This document shows, piece by piece, positions 1-11,703 of a DNA stretch of 64,000 nt. Position numbers and translations under genes: made by a program. Source of the stretch: Mobula hypostoma. Lineage: Eukaryota. Positions within the stretch are counted from its first letter, which is position 1. Every line of letters starts with the position of its first letter. The stretch is from NCBI RefSeq assembly GCF_963921235.1, contig NC_086108.1, positions 6,076,001 to 6,140,000 of the forward strand, in the 5' to 3' direction. The notes beneath the pieces are model-generated. The model was not told the origin of the DNA. It did no database searches and worked only from the letters and a program-made list of their open reading frames with translations.

Positions 1-30
1 ACTTCGTTGGATTTGGTATCAGCTGTATAG

Positions 31-305
31 ACAGCACAGTGGCATAGTAGTTAGCACAACTCTTTCCAGTACCAGCGATCCGGGTTTGAATTCCCACCAC
101 TGCCTGAACGATGTTTGTACAGTATATCCTCCCTGCGACTGCATGGATTTCCTCCAGGTGCTCCAATTTCCTCCCACAGTCCAAAGACTAGGTTAATTGG
201 TGATTGTAAATTGTCCCATGATTAGGTTAGGATTCAATTGGGGGTGGGGGGGTTGCTGGGTGGTGCAGTTCAGAGGGTCTATTCCACCTTGTATCTCATT
301 AAATA
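31..305 (+). mobile_element. HE1-like V-SINE (tRNA-derived)
   Basis: A-box-like TGGCATAGTAG, B-box-like GGTTTGAATTCCC and V-domain core GGATTTCCTCCAGGTGCTCCAATTTCCTCCCACAGTCCAAAGAC; many related copies occur in the window. Confidence 0.7.
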
Positions 306-619
306 AACATAACAATTGTTTACCCAGTGCCTCTCTCATATTACCAAACTCTCATATTAACGTTTATAAATTACTTAATTTCGGCGGTTTGGCACATTCA
401 GGTGTAATTGCAGCTTGTTCGTCATACAAGATAGGGGGCGCCAAAGCTCCTGAAATTACACTTGTTATCTCTTGCATCCTCTATTTGTTAGTCATTGAGA
501 AGCAAATCCCGCCTACCATTCGTCACTCGATTGGATATAGCGAGTCCCGATCACGAAGTTGATTGGACAAATCAATTGACAATCAACCTCCATTGGGTGT
601 TTGAGTACGGCCTCTCGTA

Positions 620-699
620 TGTTCTAATATCTCGTATTCTTCAAACGGATGACCTCTGGTTACAATTTTGAAAACTTCTTTTTGCTCAGCGACTACAAG
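620..699 (+). other. ALKBH6: Putative first (5'UTR) exon of ALKBH6; 5' end unknown
   Basis: Donor-like AAG|GTTGGT at 699/700, downstream of inverted CCAAT boxes. The exon at 4529 has an acceptor, so an upstream exon is needed. Position is inferred only. Confidence 0.35.
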
Positions 700-1002
700 G
701 TTGGTGGCAATTACGGTTTCACCGAACCCATTACCGACAGCTCGGCAATTTCGTCCTTAATAGGCGGGGTTCGGCTCGTGCTCGCTATCAATCAGAGCCT
801 CTCCTTTACTCTTCTCTATCTCTCTCCCCCCCCCCCCACCTTGCCACAATCCTACAGTCACACGGTTCGCTGCTTTTTTTGATTTCCATTCGACCTTTGC
901 CCAACCATTCTGTCGTCGCAGCTTCCCGTTTGGATTTAGCTGCATAACGCCCGTTCCCCCATGCTGCAGCAGCATTCCCCGTGACCTGCACGCCAAGTAT
1001 AC

Positions 1003-1210
1003 CCTCCAATCAGAACACGTAGCTCCGCATCGTGCTCGCGGTTCCTCCAATCAGAGCTCGCCATTCCACATTGCGCTCTTGGTTTCTCCAATCGGAGCTC
1101 GCCGCTCCGCGTCGCGCTCCTGATCCACTAATCAAAGCTCGCTGTTTAACATCGCGCTCTGGGTCCACCAATCAGGGGTCGCCACTCCACAATGTGCTCC
1201 AATCAGAGTA
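1003..1210 (+). repeat. Degenerate ~41-bp tandem repeat, each unit with a CCAATC box
   Basis: CCAAT at 1006, 1047, 1088, 1168 and 1199, CTAAT at 1128; units share CTCCAATCAGAGCTCGCC...CGCGCTC. Confidence 0.85.
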
Positions 1211-1474
1211 TGTTTTTTTTCGCGCTAGGGGTCGGCTCGTGCTCTGGCTTCAAGTCGACGGTCCGCACGGTGATAATGGAGGGCGGCCGAGTCACGCCAC
1301 TTCACACGGAAAAAGCTCCAAGAACTTGGGCTCAGTAGTCGTTTCGTGTGGAGTGAGACCTTTCAGCAGGACAGTTCATCTCTCTCCGTAGATGTTCCCT
1401 GACCTGCTGAGTTCCTCCAGCATTTTGTGTGTCGCAAGGGCTTAACAGCATCTGCGGAATTTCTTGTGTCGATG

Positions 1475-1710
1475 CAGTGGTCCCCAACTTCGGGCCGCGA
1501 AGGGTGCAGCGGTAGCCGGAACGCACCCAGCACATCTTTAAGAAAAAAGCCGAAATAAACAAGCTAATTGATTAGGTGCCGCCTGGCATGTAAATATCGG
1601 CCCAGATTGTGATTAATTAGCTTGTTTATTTTGGCTTTTTTCTTAAAAATGTGCTGGGTGCGTTCCGGCTACCACTGCATTCTTCGCGGCCCGGAGTTTG
1701 GGGACCACTG
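1475..1710. mobile_element. hAT-type MITE with ~95-bp inverted arms
   Basis: Termini CAGTGGTCCCCAA...TTGGGGACCACTG and long near-perfect inverted arms; the 8-bp TSD is degenerate. Confidence 0.75.
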
Positions 1711-2485
1711 GTCTATAGAATCAAAATCAGATTTAATATCACCGGCACATGTTCTGAAATTTGTTATGCAGCAGCAGTACAACGCCATACATAATACGGT
1801 ACCTTTATTATAATTTACAGTTTGTGTGTTTGTGCATGCACCCTCGGTGGCGCTGACTGAGTTCACAACTTTCTGCAGCTTATTTCAATCCCGTGCAGCA
1901 GTTACCCCCCCACACCCCCATACCAGACAGTGATGCAGCCAGTTAAGATGCTCTCCTTGGTATATCTGTAGAAAATTGCCAGTCATTCAGCAAAGAAACA
2001 GGATCTTTGGCCAACCAGTCCACTCCAAGCAAGATTCCCATTGAAACTATTTCTTTCTGACCTCTTTTGACCAATGTCCGTTTAAACCTTTCCTATCCAT
2101 ATACCTGTTGAAATAGCTTTTAAATATTATTGCTAAATCTGCCTCTACCATCTCTCCTGGCAGCTTATTGTATATATAGACAGAGGAAGCTGTCCCCCAG
2201 GTTCATATTAAATCTCTCCCTCACACCTTAAACCTATACCCTCTAGTTCTCAGATGAAGGGTCTCAACCCGAAACGTTGTCTGTCCATTTCTCTCCATAT
2301 TTGATGCCTAGTGTGTAGAGTTCCTCAGTACTGTGAGTGTTGCTCCAGACTCCAGCAACTTCTACCACCTGATTCTCCCACCCTGTCAAATAAAACTGGG
2401 CGCATCCATCATATCTGTGCCCCTCGTGATCTTGTTTAGATATACAGCACAAAACAGGCCCTTCCAACACAAGGTGCCATGCTGC

Positions 2486-2680
2486 CCAGCAACCCACCTG
2501 GGTAACAGCCTTCCCCCCCTTACCCCCAGGCTGTGAGACCTCTGAACCCCCTGCTACCAGCAACCCACCTGGGTAACAGCCTTACCCCCAGGCTGTGAGA
2601 CCTCTGAACCCCCTGCTACCAGCAACCCACCTGGGTAACAGCCTCTCCACCCCCAGGCTGTGAGACCTCTGAACCCCCTG
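2486..2680 (+). repeat. Minisatellite, 3 copies of a ~60-70-bp unit
   Basis: CCAGCAACCCACCTGGGTAACAGCC-(variable C tract)-CAGGCTGTGAGACCTCTGAACCCCCTG repeated three times. Confidence 0.9.
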
Positions 2681-3519
2681 GTATCACCCAGTACACATTA
2701 CTTATGACAGTCATACTGTTGTGCATTTAACTGCATGTTGTATATGCACTTTAAGGCCACTTGTAAATCTATAGAATACATTTTTTGTCAGTTCAAAATT
2801 CAGAGTAAATTGGATTATCAAAGTACATAGATATCACCATATATAACCCTAAAATTCATTTAATTATGGGCATACTCAATAAATCTATAGAATAGTAACT
2901 ATAACAGGATCAGTGAAAGATCAACCAGAGTGCAGAAGCCAACAAATTGTGCATATGCAACTATAAATGCAATAAATATGGAGATCATGGGGTAATGAGA
3001 TTAAGAGTCCTTAAAATGAGATTGTTGGTTGTGGGAACATTCCAGTGATGGGGCAAGTGTGTGAAGTTATCCCCTTTTATTCAGGAGCCTGATGATTAAC
3101 TGTTCTTGAACCAAATGCATTGTCCATCAGATTCCTAATACTGCCCCTAATCTTATACAGGTCCTCCTTGTGTAAGATGGCTACTGCACCTCCTCAAATC
3201 ATATCAAGTTTAATTATCATTCACCCATACATGGATACAACCAAATGTAACAGTGATCCTCTGGGACAAGGTGCAGAACATACAGTACACAGCACATTCA
3301 AAATAGTGAGGGGGAGAAAACAGTCACGCAAAAAAGTAGTCCAAGACCTTGAGTGACATGTCCTGCCAATTGATGGTATAGTTCCTGGCATTGCAGCCTG
3401 TCGTTCCACCATTCAAACACTGGAGGGCTCCACCGACGGGGTGTTGGGCCAAGATGCAGAGCTGGTCCTCGTCCGTGGATCCCTCAGTTGTCACACAATT
3501 TGAGTGAGTGGTTAGAAGG

Positions 3520-4470
3520 TACATGGCATGTTAGTCTTTATTAGTCAAGGGACTGAATTCAAGAGTCCATAAGACCATAGGAGCGGAATTTGGTCCATTC
3601 GGGTTTGCTCCTCCATTTCCTCATGGCTGACCCATTTCCCTTTTTGCCCCAATCTTTTGCCTTCTCCCCATATCCCTTCATGTCCTGACTAATCAAGAAC
3701 TGGTCAACTTCTGCCTTAAATATACATAAAGACATGATCTCCACAGCTGCCTGTGGCAACAAATTTCACAGATTTACCACTCCCTGGCTGAAGAAATTCC
3801 TCCTCATCTCCGTTCTAAAGTCATGAGGAAATGTTGCAGCTCCATGAAACTCTTGTTTGACCACCTTTGGAGTATTGTGTTCAGTTCTGGTCACCTCATT
3901 ACAGGAAGGATGTGGAAGCTTTAGAGAGGGTGCAGAGGAGATTTACCAGGGTGCTGTCTGGATTAGAGAGCATGACTTATGAGGATAAGTTGAGTGAGCA
4001 GGGGTTCCCATTCCCAACCTTTTTTATGCCATGAACCCCTACGATTAATCGAGGGGCCCATGGACCCCAGGTTGGGAACCCCTGAGTGAAGGATGCTGGG
4101 AGGTGACTTGATAGATGTGTATTACATTATAAGAGGCATCAATAGTGTGGATAGCTAGCATCATTTTCTTTGGGCGGAAATAGATATTACAAGAGGGGAT
4201 AATTTTGTGGTGATTGGACTAAAGTATGGCGGGGGAGGGGAATGTCAGAGGCAGGTTTTTTTTACACAGAACAGTGGGTGTGGAATCCACTGCCAGCATG
4301 GTGGTAGAGGGAGGTACGTTAGGGAGATTTATGAGACTCTTAGATGGCCCTCCATTTTTCTTTCATCCCTGTGCCTATGTGGGAGGGAAGGGTTAGATTG
4401 ATCTTGAAGTAGGCTAAAATGTTGGCACAACAACATGAGCTGAAGGACCTGTACTGTGCTGTACCATGTT
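3520..4470 (+). mobile_element. Degenerate CR1 LINE 3' fragment, interrupted by a minus-strand CR1 tail (~3565-3820) and an ~85-bp hAT MITE (3999-4084)
   Basis: GAGTATTGTGTTCAGTTCTGGTCACC (EYCVQFWSP) motif; CAGGGGTTCCCA...TGGGAACCCCTG termini of the MITE. Confidence 0.75.
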
Positions 4471-4603
4471 TCATAAAGTCAGGAGGCAATATTGCAAATA
4501 GATTTAATTGTTTCTTATGAATTTACAGGTTCACTTCAGTGACTGATGAACAGCCCTACCTGTTTTGAAAAGCAGATGTTACATTCTTCAGTTTGACCGT
4601 GCC

Positions 4604-4657
4604 ATGGCTGCTCAGAACGATGGTCCTTGTGATCTGGAGCTCTTCCGTGTGGTTCAG
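4604..4657 (+). CDS. ALKBH6: ALKBH6 coding exon 1 (MAAQNDGPCDLELFRVVQ); exon starts at acceptor 4529
   Basis: TTTACAG acceptor, Kozak GCCATGG and CAG|GTTCGT donor; 18 aa matching the human N-terminus ending LEPFRVEQ. Confidence 0.88.
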
Positions 4658-4756
4658 GTTCGTTAGTACCTTATATTCGATGAAGGATACGGGAGTTGCT
4701 TGCCTGCTGGTCTAAGTAGATACATTAAATTCTAAAGGAGGAATTTCTTTACAATA

Positions 4757-6600
4757 TAGAAATCTGCTGCACAATACAGGCCCTTTGGCCCACAATGTTG
4801 TGCCAACCATGTAACATACTCTAGGAACTACCTAGAATTTCCCCAGCGCATAGCCCTCTATTTTTCTAAGCTCCATGTACCTATCTAAGAGGCTCTTAAG
4901 AGACCCTATTGTATCCGCTTCCACCACCGCCACCTGCAGTGCATTCCTTGCGCCCACCACTCTGATGCCCTCTGTCACCCCTGACATTCCCTTGGTACCT
5001 ATTTCCAAGCACCTTAAAACTGCCCCCTCGTATTAGCCATTCCAGCCCTGGGAAAAAGCCTCTGGCTATCCGCATGATCAATGCCCCTCATCATCGTATA
5101 CACCTCTGTCAGGTCACCCACCTCTCATCTTCCATTGCTCCAAGAAAAAAAGGCCAAGTTCACTCAACCTGTTCTCGTAAGGTACACCCTCCAATCCAGG
5201 CAACATCCTTGTAAATCTCCTCTGCACACTCTCTATAGTATCCACATCCTTCCTGTAGTGAGGTGACCAGAACTGAACACAGTCTCCAAGTGGGGTCTGA
5301 CCAAGGTCTTATATGGCTGTAACATTACCTCATGGCTCTTGAACTCAATCCCACAGCTGATGAATGCCAGCACACCATATGCCTTCTTAACAATACTGTG
5401 AACCTGTGCAGCAGCTTTGAGTGTCCTATGGATATGGACCCCAAGATCTCTCAGATCCTCCACACCGCCAGAAGTCTTACCATTAACATTATATTCTGTC
5501 TTCAAATTGGACCTACCAAAATGAACCACTTCACATTTATCTGGGTTGGAGCCCATTTGCCACTTCTCAGCACAGTTCAGCATCCTATCGCTATCCCTTT
5601 GTAACCTCTGACAATGAGACTGTCCACAACATCCCCAACTTTTATGTCATCAGCAAACTTACTGATCCACCCTTCTACTTCTTCATCCAGGTCATTTATA
5701 AAAATCACAAAGAAGGGTCCCAGACCAGATCCCTGCGGAACACCACTAGTCACCGACCTCCTTACAGAATACGAACCATCTACAACTACCTTTTGCCTTC
5801 TGTGAGGAAGCCAGTTCTGGATCCACAAAGCAATGTTCCCTTGGATCCCATACCTCCTTACTTTCTCAATAAGCCTTGCATGGGGAACCTTATCAAATGC
5901 CTTACTGAAATCCTTGTACATTACATCCACTACTCTATCTTCAGTGCGTTCTGATACATCCTCAAAGAATTGAATTGAATCAGGCTCGTAAGGGTCATCC
6001 TACCCTTAACAAAGCCATCATGACCATCCGTAATCAGATTATGTCTCTCCAAATACTCATAAATCCTGCCTTTCAGGATCTTCTTCAACAATTTGCCCAT
6101 CACTGAAGTAAGAGTCACTGGTCGATAATTTCCTGGGTTATCTCTACTCCCTTTCTTGAACAAGGGAACAACATTTGCAACCCTGCAACCCTCCAATCCT
6201 CCGGTACTTCTCCCATCCCTATTGATGACGCAAGAGGCTCAGCAATCTCCTCCCTTGCTTCCCACAGTAGCCTGGTGTACATCTCATTCGGTCCCGGTGA
6301 TTTATCCAATTTAATGCACATTCTCTTTCTTAATGCCTATATGCTCAAGCATTTCAGTTTGCTGTAAGTCATCCTCACAATTGCCAAGGTCGTTTTCCCT
6401 GGCGAATACTGAAGCAAAACATTCATTAAGTACGTCCGCTACAGCCTATGAATCCGTGCACACGTTTCCACTATTGCACCTGACTGGTCCTATTCTCACT
6501 TGGCTCATTCTCTTTCTCTTCACATACTTGTAGAATGCCTTGGAGTTTTCTTTAATCCTGCTCACCAAGGCCTTCTCATGGCCCCTTCTGGCTCTCCTGA
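4757..6600 (-). mobile_element. Degenerate CR1 LINE (RT region to 3' tail)
   Basis: Minus ORFs with [23 protein letters not shown] and GNYRPV, broken by frameshifts. Confidence 0.9.
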
Positions 6601-7259
6601 TTCACGGCTTCATGCTTTGAGTTGTAGAGGGATACAGCATGGGTGGCAGGGTGCAGATACGTATCTACCAAAGGAGGTGTAAGGCATTTCTTCCCTCTGC
6701 TATCCTGCAGGTCACCCTTGGGCAGGTGCTGCACCTACTTACCCGCCCCCCCACACCCACCATCAGGGTCACGTGAAGCCATGGGAGCAGGTGGTGGATG
6801 GTCGTACGAGCAGCCGGTGCAGATCACAAGTCCTGGTTACTGACACCAGGCACCGACTCTGAAGAGTATTGATAATGGCTGGGGGAGGTGGGGGTCACTG
6901 TCTTGTAAAGACACTGCGCAGAGGAAGACAATGGCAAGCCACTTATGTAGTAAAATTTGCCAAGACCAATCATGGTCATGGAAAAACCGTGATCATCCAT
7001 GTCATACGACACGGCACATAACGAACGAACAGCATAGTGATAGGCCTTTCAGTCTGAAGACTGCACCAATTATTAACAACTGATTTACACTAATCCAGTA
7101 TTAATCCCATATTTCAGTATTCTCACTTCTCAAGTTTTTTTTGTAGCAGCAGTATAGTGCAATACATAAAAGTACTACAAAATTGTGCCAAGTTTTAGAC
7201 ACCTTAGCTACATCCATGTGCTATATGTACATGTGACAAATAAAAGTAATTTTTTTTCA

Positions 7260-8100
7260 GAATATAAAGATAAATGTTAAAGATAAAGCAGATGGAGTAC
7301 AGTATCTGGAATTGTGTGGTCATGCACCTTGGTAGAAGAAATAAAAGCTCAGACTGTTTTCTAAAACAGGGAGAAAATTCAGAAATCTGAGGTGCAAGGA
7401 GACTTGGGAGGCTCATGCAGGATTCTCTAATGTTAACTTCCAGGCTGAATTGGTGGTGAGGAATGCGAATGCCATGTTAGCATTCATTGCAAGAGGATTA
7501 GAATATAAAAGCAAAGATATAATGTTGAGATTTTATAAGACACTCTTGAAACCTCATTTGGAATATTGTGACTAATTTTGGCCCCTTATCTAAGAAATGA
7601 TGTGCAGACATTGGAGAGTTCATTTGGAGGAGATTCATGAAAATGATTCCGGGATTGAAAGTCTTGTCACATGAGGAGCATTTGGTGGCTCTAGGCCTGT
7701 ACTCACTTTAATTTAGAAGAATGATGAGGTGAATTGCAATTAAACCCATGGAATGTTGAAAGGCCTAGAAGGAGTGGACGTGGAGAGGATGTTTTCTATG
7801 GTGGGGGAGTCTAGAACTAAGGGACACAGCCTCAGGATAGAGGGGCCTCATGGAAGTGAGGAATTTTTTTAGCCAGTGAGTGGTGAATCTGTGGAATTTG
7901 TTGCCACAGGTGGCTGTGGTGGCCAAGTCATTGGGTGTATTTAAGGCACAGGCTGATAGACTCTTGATTATTCAGGGCATAAAGTGTTACGGGGAGAAGA
8001 CAAGATATTGGAGCTGAGATGGAAAATGAATCAGTCACGATAAAGTGGCAGAGCAGACTCCATGGGCTGACTGGCCTAATTCTGATCCTTTGTCTTACGG
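7260..8100 (+). mobile_element. Degenerate CR1 3' fragment
   Basis: Nucleotide similarity to the other CR1 3' ends in the window (GTGGTGAATCTGTGGAAT; GGCCTAATTCTG tail). Confidence 0.75.
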
Positions 8101-8209
8101 TCTACATCAAAGCATATAGTGAAATGCATCATTTGCATCAACGACCAACATGGTCCCAGGATGGGCTTGGGACAGTCTGTAGGTGTCACTGTGCTTTCAG
8201 CACCAACAT

Positions 8210-10458
8210 CTTCTTCATTAACATGGAGAGTGACGTAGTTAATTCAGAAACAAAGGTTCTGAACTTAAAGAGGGGTAACTTTGAAGGTATGAGACGTGAA
8301 TTAGCTAAGATAGACTGGCAAATGACACTTAAAGGATTGACGGTGGATATGCAATGGCAAGCATTTAAAGGTTGCATGGATGAACTACAACAATTGTTCA
8401 TCCCAGTTTGGCAAAAGAATAAATCAAGGAAGGTAGTGCACCCGTGGCTGACAAGAGAAATTAGGGATAGTATCAATTCCAAAGAAGTAGCATACAAATT
8501 AGCCAGAGAAAGTGGCTCACCTGAGGACTGGGAGAAATTCAGAGTTCAGCAGAGGAGGACAAAGGGCTTAATTAGGAAGGGGAAAAAAGATTATGAGAGA
8601 AAACTGGCAGAGAACATAAAAACGGACTGTAAAAGCTTTTATAGATATGTAAAAAGGAAAAGACAAATGTAGGTCCCCTGCAGACAGAAACAGGTGAATT
8701 GATAATGGGGAGCAAGGACATGGCAGACCAATTGAATAATTACTTTGGTTCTGTCTTCACTAAGGAGGACATAAATAATCTTCCAGAAATAGTAAGGGAC
8801 AGAGGGTCCAGTGAGATGGAGGAACTGAGTGAAAGACATGTTAGTAGGGAAGTGGTGTTAGGTAAATTGAAGGGATTGAAGGCAGATAAATCCGCAGGGC
8901 CAGATGGTCTGCATCCCAGAGTGCTTAAGGAAGTAGCCCAAGAAATAGTGGATGCATTAATGATAATTTTTCAAAACTCGTTAGATTCTGGACTAGTTCC
9001 TGAGGATTGGAGGGTGGCTAATGTAACCCCACTTTTTAAAAAAGGAGGGAGAGAGAAACCGGGGAATTATAGGCCGGTTAGCCTAACGTCGGTGGTGGGG
9101 AAACTGCTGGAGTCAGTTATCAAGGATGTGATAACAGCACATTTGGAAAGCGGTGAAATGATCGGACAAAGTCAGCATGGATTTGTGAAAGGAAAATCAT
9201 GTCTGACGAATCTCATAGAATTTTTTGAGGATGTAACTAGTAGAGTGGATAGGGGAGAACCAGTGGATGTGGTATATTTGGATTTTCAAAAGGCTTTTGA
9301 CAAGGTCCCACACAGGAGATTAGTGTGCAAACTTAAAGCACACGGTATTGGGGGTAAGGTATTGGTATGGGTGGAGAATTGGTTAGCAGACAGGAAGCAA
9401 AGAGTGAGAATAAACGGGACCTTTTCAGAATGGCAGGCGGTGACTAGTGGGGTACCGCAAGGCTCAGTGCTGGGACCCCAGTTGTTTACAATATATATTA
9501 ATGACTTGGATGAGGGAATTAAATGCAGCATCTCCAAGTTTGCGGATGACACGAAGCTGGGTGGCAGTGTTAGCAGTGAGGAGGATGCTAAGAGGATGCA
9601 GGGTGACTTGGATAGGTTGGGTGAGTGGGCAAACTCATGGCAGATGCAATTTAATGTGGATAAATGTGAAGTTATCCACTTTGGTGGCAAAAATAGGAAA
9701 ACAGATTATTATCTGAATGGTGGCCGATTAGGAAAAGGGGAGGTGCAACGAGACCTGGGTGTCATTATACACCGGTCATTGAAAGTGGGCATGCAGGTAC
9801 AGCAGGCGGTGAAAAAGGCGAATGGTATGCTGGCATTTATAGCGAGAGGATTCGAGTACAGGAGCAGGGAGGTACTACTGCAGTTGTACAAGGCCTTGGT
9901 GAGACCACACCTGGAGTATTGTGTGCAGTTTTGGTCCCCTAATCTGAGGAAAGACATCTTTGCCATAGAGGGAGTACAAAGAAGGTTCACCAGATTGATT
10001 CCTGGGATGGCAGGTCTTTCATATGAAGAAAGACTGGATGAACTGGGCTTGTACTCGTTGGAATTTAGAAGATTGAGGGGGGATCTGATTGAAACGTATA
10101 AGATCCTAAAGGGATTGGACAAGCTAGATGCGGGAAGATTGTTCCCGATGTTGGGGAGGTCCAGAACGAGGGGTCACAGTTTGAGGATAGAGGGGAAGCC
10201 TTTTAGGACCGAGATTAGGAAAAACTTCTTCACAGAGAGTGGTGAATCTGTGGAATTCTCTGCCACAGCAAACTGTTGAGGCCAGTTCATTGGCTATGTT
10301 TAAGAGGGAGTTAGATATGGCCCTTGTGGCTACAGGGGTCAGGGGGTATGGAGGGAAGGCTGGGTTCTGAGTTGGATGATCAGCCATGATCATAATAAAT
10401 GGCGGTGCAAGCTCGAAGGGCCGAATGGCCTACTCCTGCACCTATTTTCTATGTTTCT
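8210..10458 (+). mobile_element. Young 5'-truncated CR1 LINE with a near-intact RT ORF (8699-10279)
   Basis: 526-aa ORF with [23 protein letters not shown] and KFADD; AACAT TSD at 8205-8209 and 10459-10463; inserted into a minus-strand SINE. Confidence 0.95.
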
Positions 10459-10752
10459 AACATAGTATTCATACAGCCCACTAACACTAACCTGTACGTC
10501 TTTGGAATGTAGAAGGACACCAGAGCATCTGAAGGAAACCCACATGGTCACTGGGAGCATTTTGATGCATTCAGAAATGTTTATTTGAGTCTCTAATCAT
10601 TTTCATTATTCTTTGCAAATCAATTTCATTTATGTGCGTTACACGTGAGTATTGTGTTTGAAATTCAAATGTGTTCAAAGTGCTACCCCCTCTCTAATGG
10701 TAATTATGAAATAGTGTATAATTACTGAAACTTTGCTGTTTGCTCCTTTTAG

Positions 10753-10821
10753 GCTCCAGCAACTGTCTATTACATTCCCAACTTTATCACCATGGCTGAA
10801 GAAAAATATCTGCTGCAGCAG
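10753..10821 (+). CDS. ALKBH6: ALKBH6 coding exon 2 (APATVYYIPNFITMAEEKYLLQQ)
   Basis: TTTTAG acceptor and CAG|GTATGT donor; matches human [23 protein letters not shown]. Confidence 0.93.
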
Positions 10822-11174
10822 GTATGTTACTGCACTTCATCAGAGTCAGTTTTATGATCACTGGTATAAGTTGGAAACTTGTTTTACTACAGCAGTACAG
10901 TACAGGCAATTATTAAACTGACATTAAACTTCTTCATGATATATTCCCCTGTTATCCAGAGCACAGATTAATTGTTCTATCAAACTGGAGTCTATCTGAT
11001 GAGGCAACGTTATCGCACATGGGCTGGTTCGGCCAGAGTCTTCACCTTGTGCAGTCAGAACACAGAATCCGAATCAGTCTATTATCACTGATATGTGTCC
11101 TGAAATTTGTTGTTTTGTGGCTCCAGTACAGAGCTATACATAAATAATTACCATGTTACAATAAAAAATATATA

Positions 11175-11703
11175 AGACATTGGAGTACTGTGTCCAGTTC
11201 TGGTCACCTCACTATAGGAAGGATGTGGAAGCATTGGAAAGATTACAGAGGAGATTTACCAGGATGTTGCCTGGTTTAGAAAGTATGCATTATGATCAGA
11301 GATTAAGGGAGCTGGGGCTTTACTCTTTGGAGAGAAGGAGGATGAGAGGAGACATGATAGAGGTGTACAAGATAATAAGAGGAATAGATAGAGTGGATAG
11401 CCAGCGCCTCTTCCCCAGGGCACCACTGCTCAATACAAGAGGACATGGCTTTAAGGTAAGGGATGGGAAGTTCAAGAGGGATATTAGAGGAAGGTTTTTT
11501 ACTCAGAGAGTGGTTGGTGCGTGGAATGCACTGCCTGAGTCAGTGGTGGAGGCAGATAGACTAGTGAAGTTTAAGAGACTACTAGACAGGTATATGGAGG
11601 AATTTAAGGTGGGAGCTTATATGGGAGGCAGGGTTTGAGGGTCGGCACAACGTTGTGGGCCGAAGGGCCTGTACTGTGCTGTACTATTCTATGTTCTATG
11701 TTT
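11175..11703 (+). mobile_element. CR1 3' fragment with (TTCTATG)n tail
   Basis: ORF EYCVQFWSPHYRKDVEALER...FFTQRVV, followed by tail repeat. Confidence 0.9.

Larger units (their letters stand above)
520..1360 (+). promoter_or_regulatory. CpG-rich promoter region of ALKBH6 with CCAAT boxes and a GC box
   Basis: Only extended CpG-dense non-TE stretch upstream of the first coding exon; ATTGG boxes near 530, 562 and 592; GGCGGGG at about 763; CCAAT array at 1006-1203. Confidence 0.65.

Noticed and set aside
31..100. tRNA gene
   Set aside because: The A/B-box-like sequence is the head of a SINE; I could not fold a complete cloverleaf.
197..1391. Short ORFs around the promoter as a divergent gene
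   Set aside because: No recognisable protein similarity or exon structure; they overlap a SINE and GC-rich repeats.
2250..2285. Additional hammerhead-like motif CAGATGAAGGGTCTCAACCCGAAACGTTG
   Set aside because: The core is mutated (CAGAUGA instead of CUGAUGA) in an old Penelope fragment; a copy near 54890-54920 is also degenerate.
2486..2680. Repeat-spacer pattern resembling a CRISPR array
   Set aside because: Units are contiguous and differ only in a C tract; there are no unique spacers or cas genes, and the context is eukaryotic.
8699..10279. Longest ORF (526 aa) as a host gene or a novel reverse-transcriptase system
   Set aside because: Typical CR1 ORF2 RT with a CR1 3' tail and TSD; many decayed relatives occur in the window.
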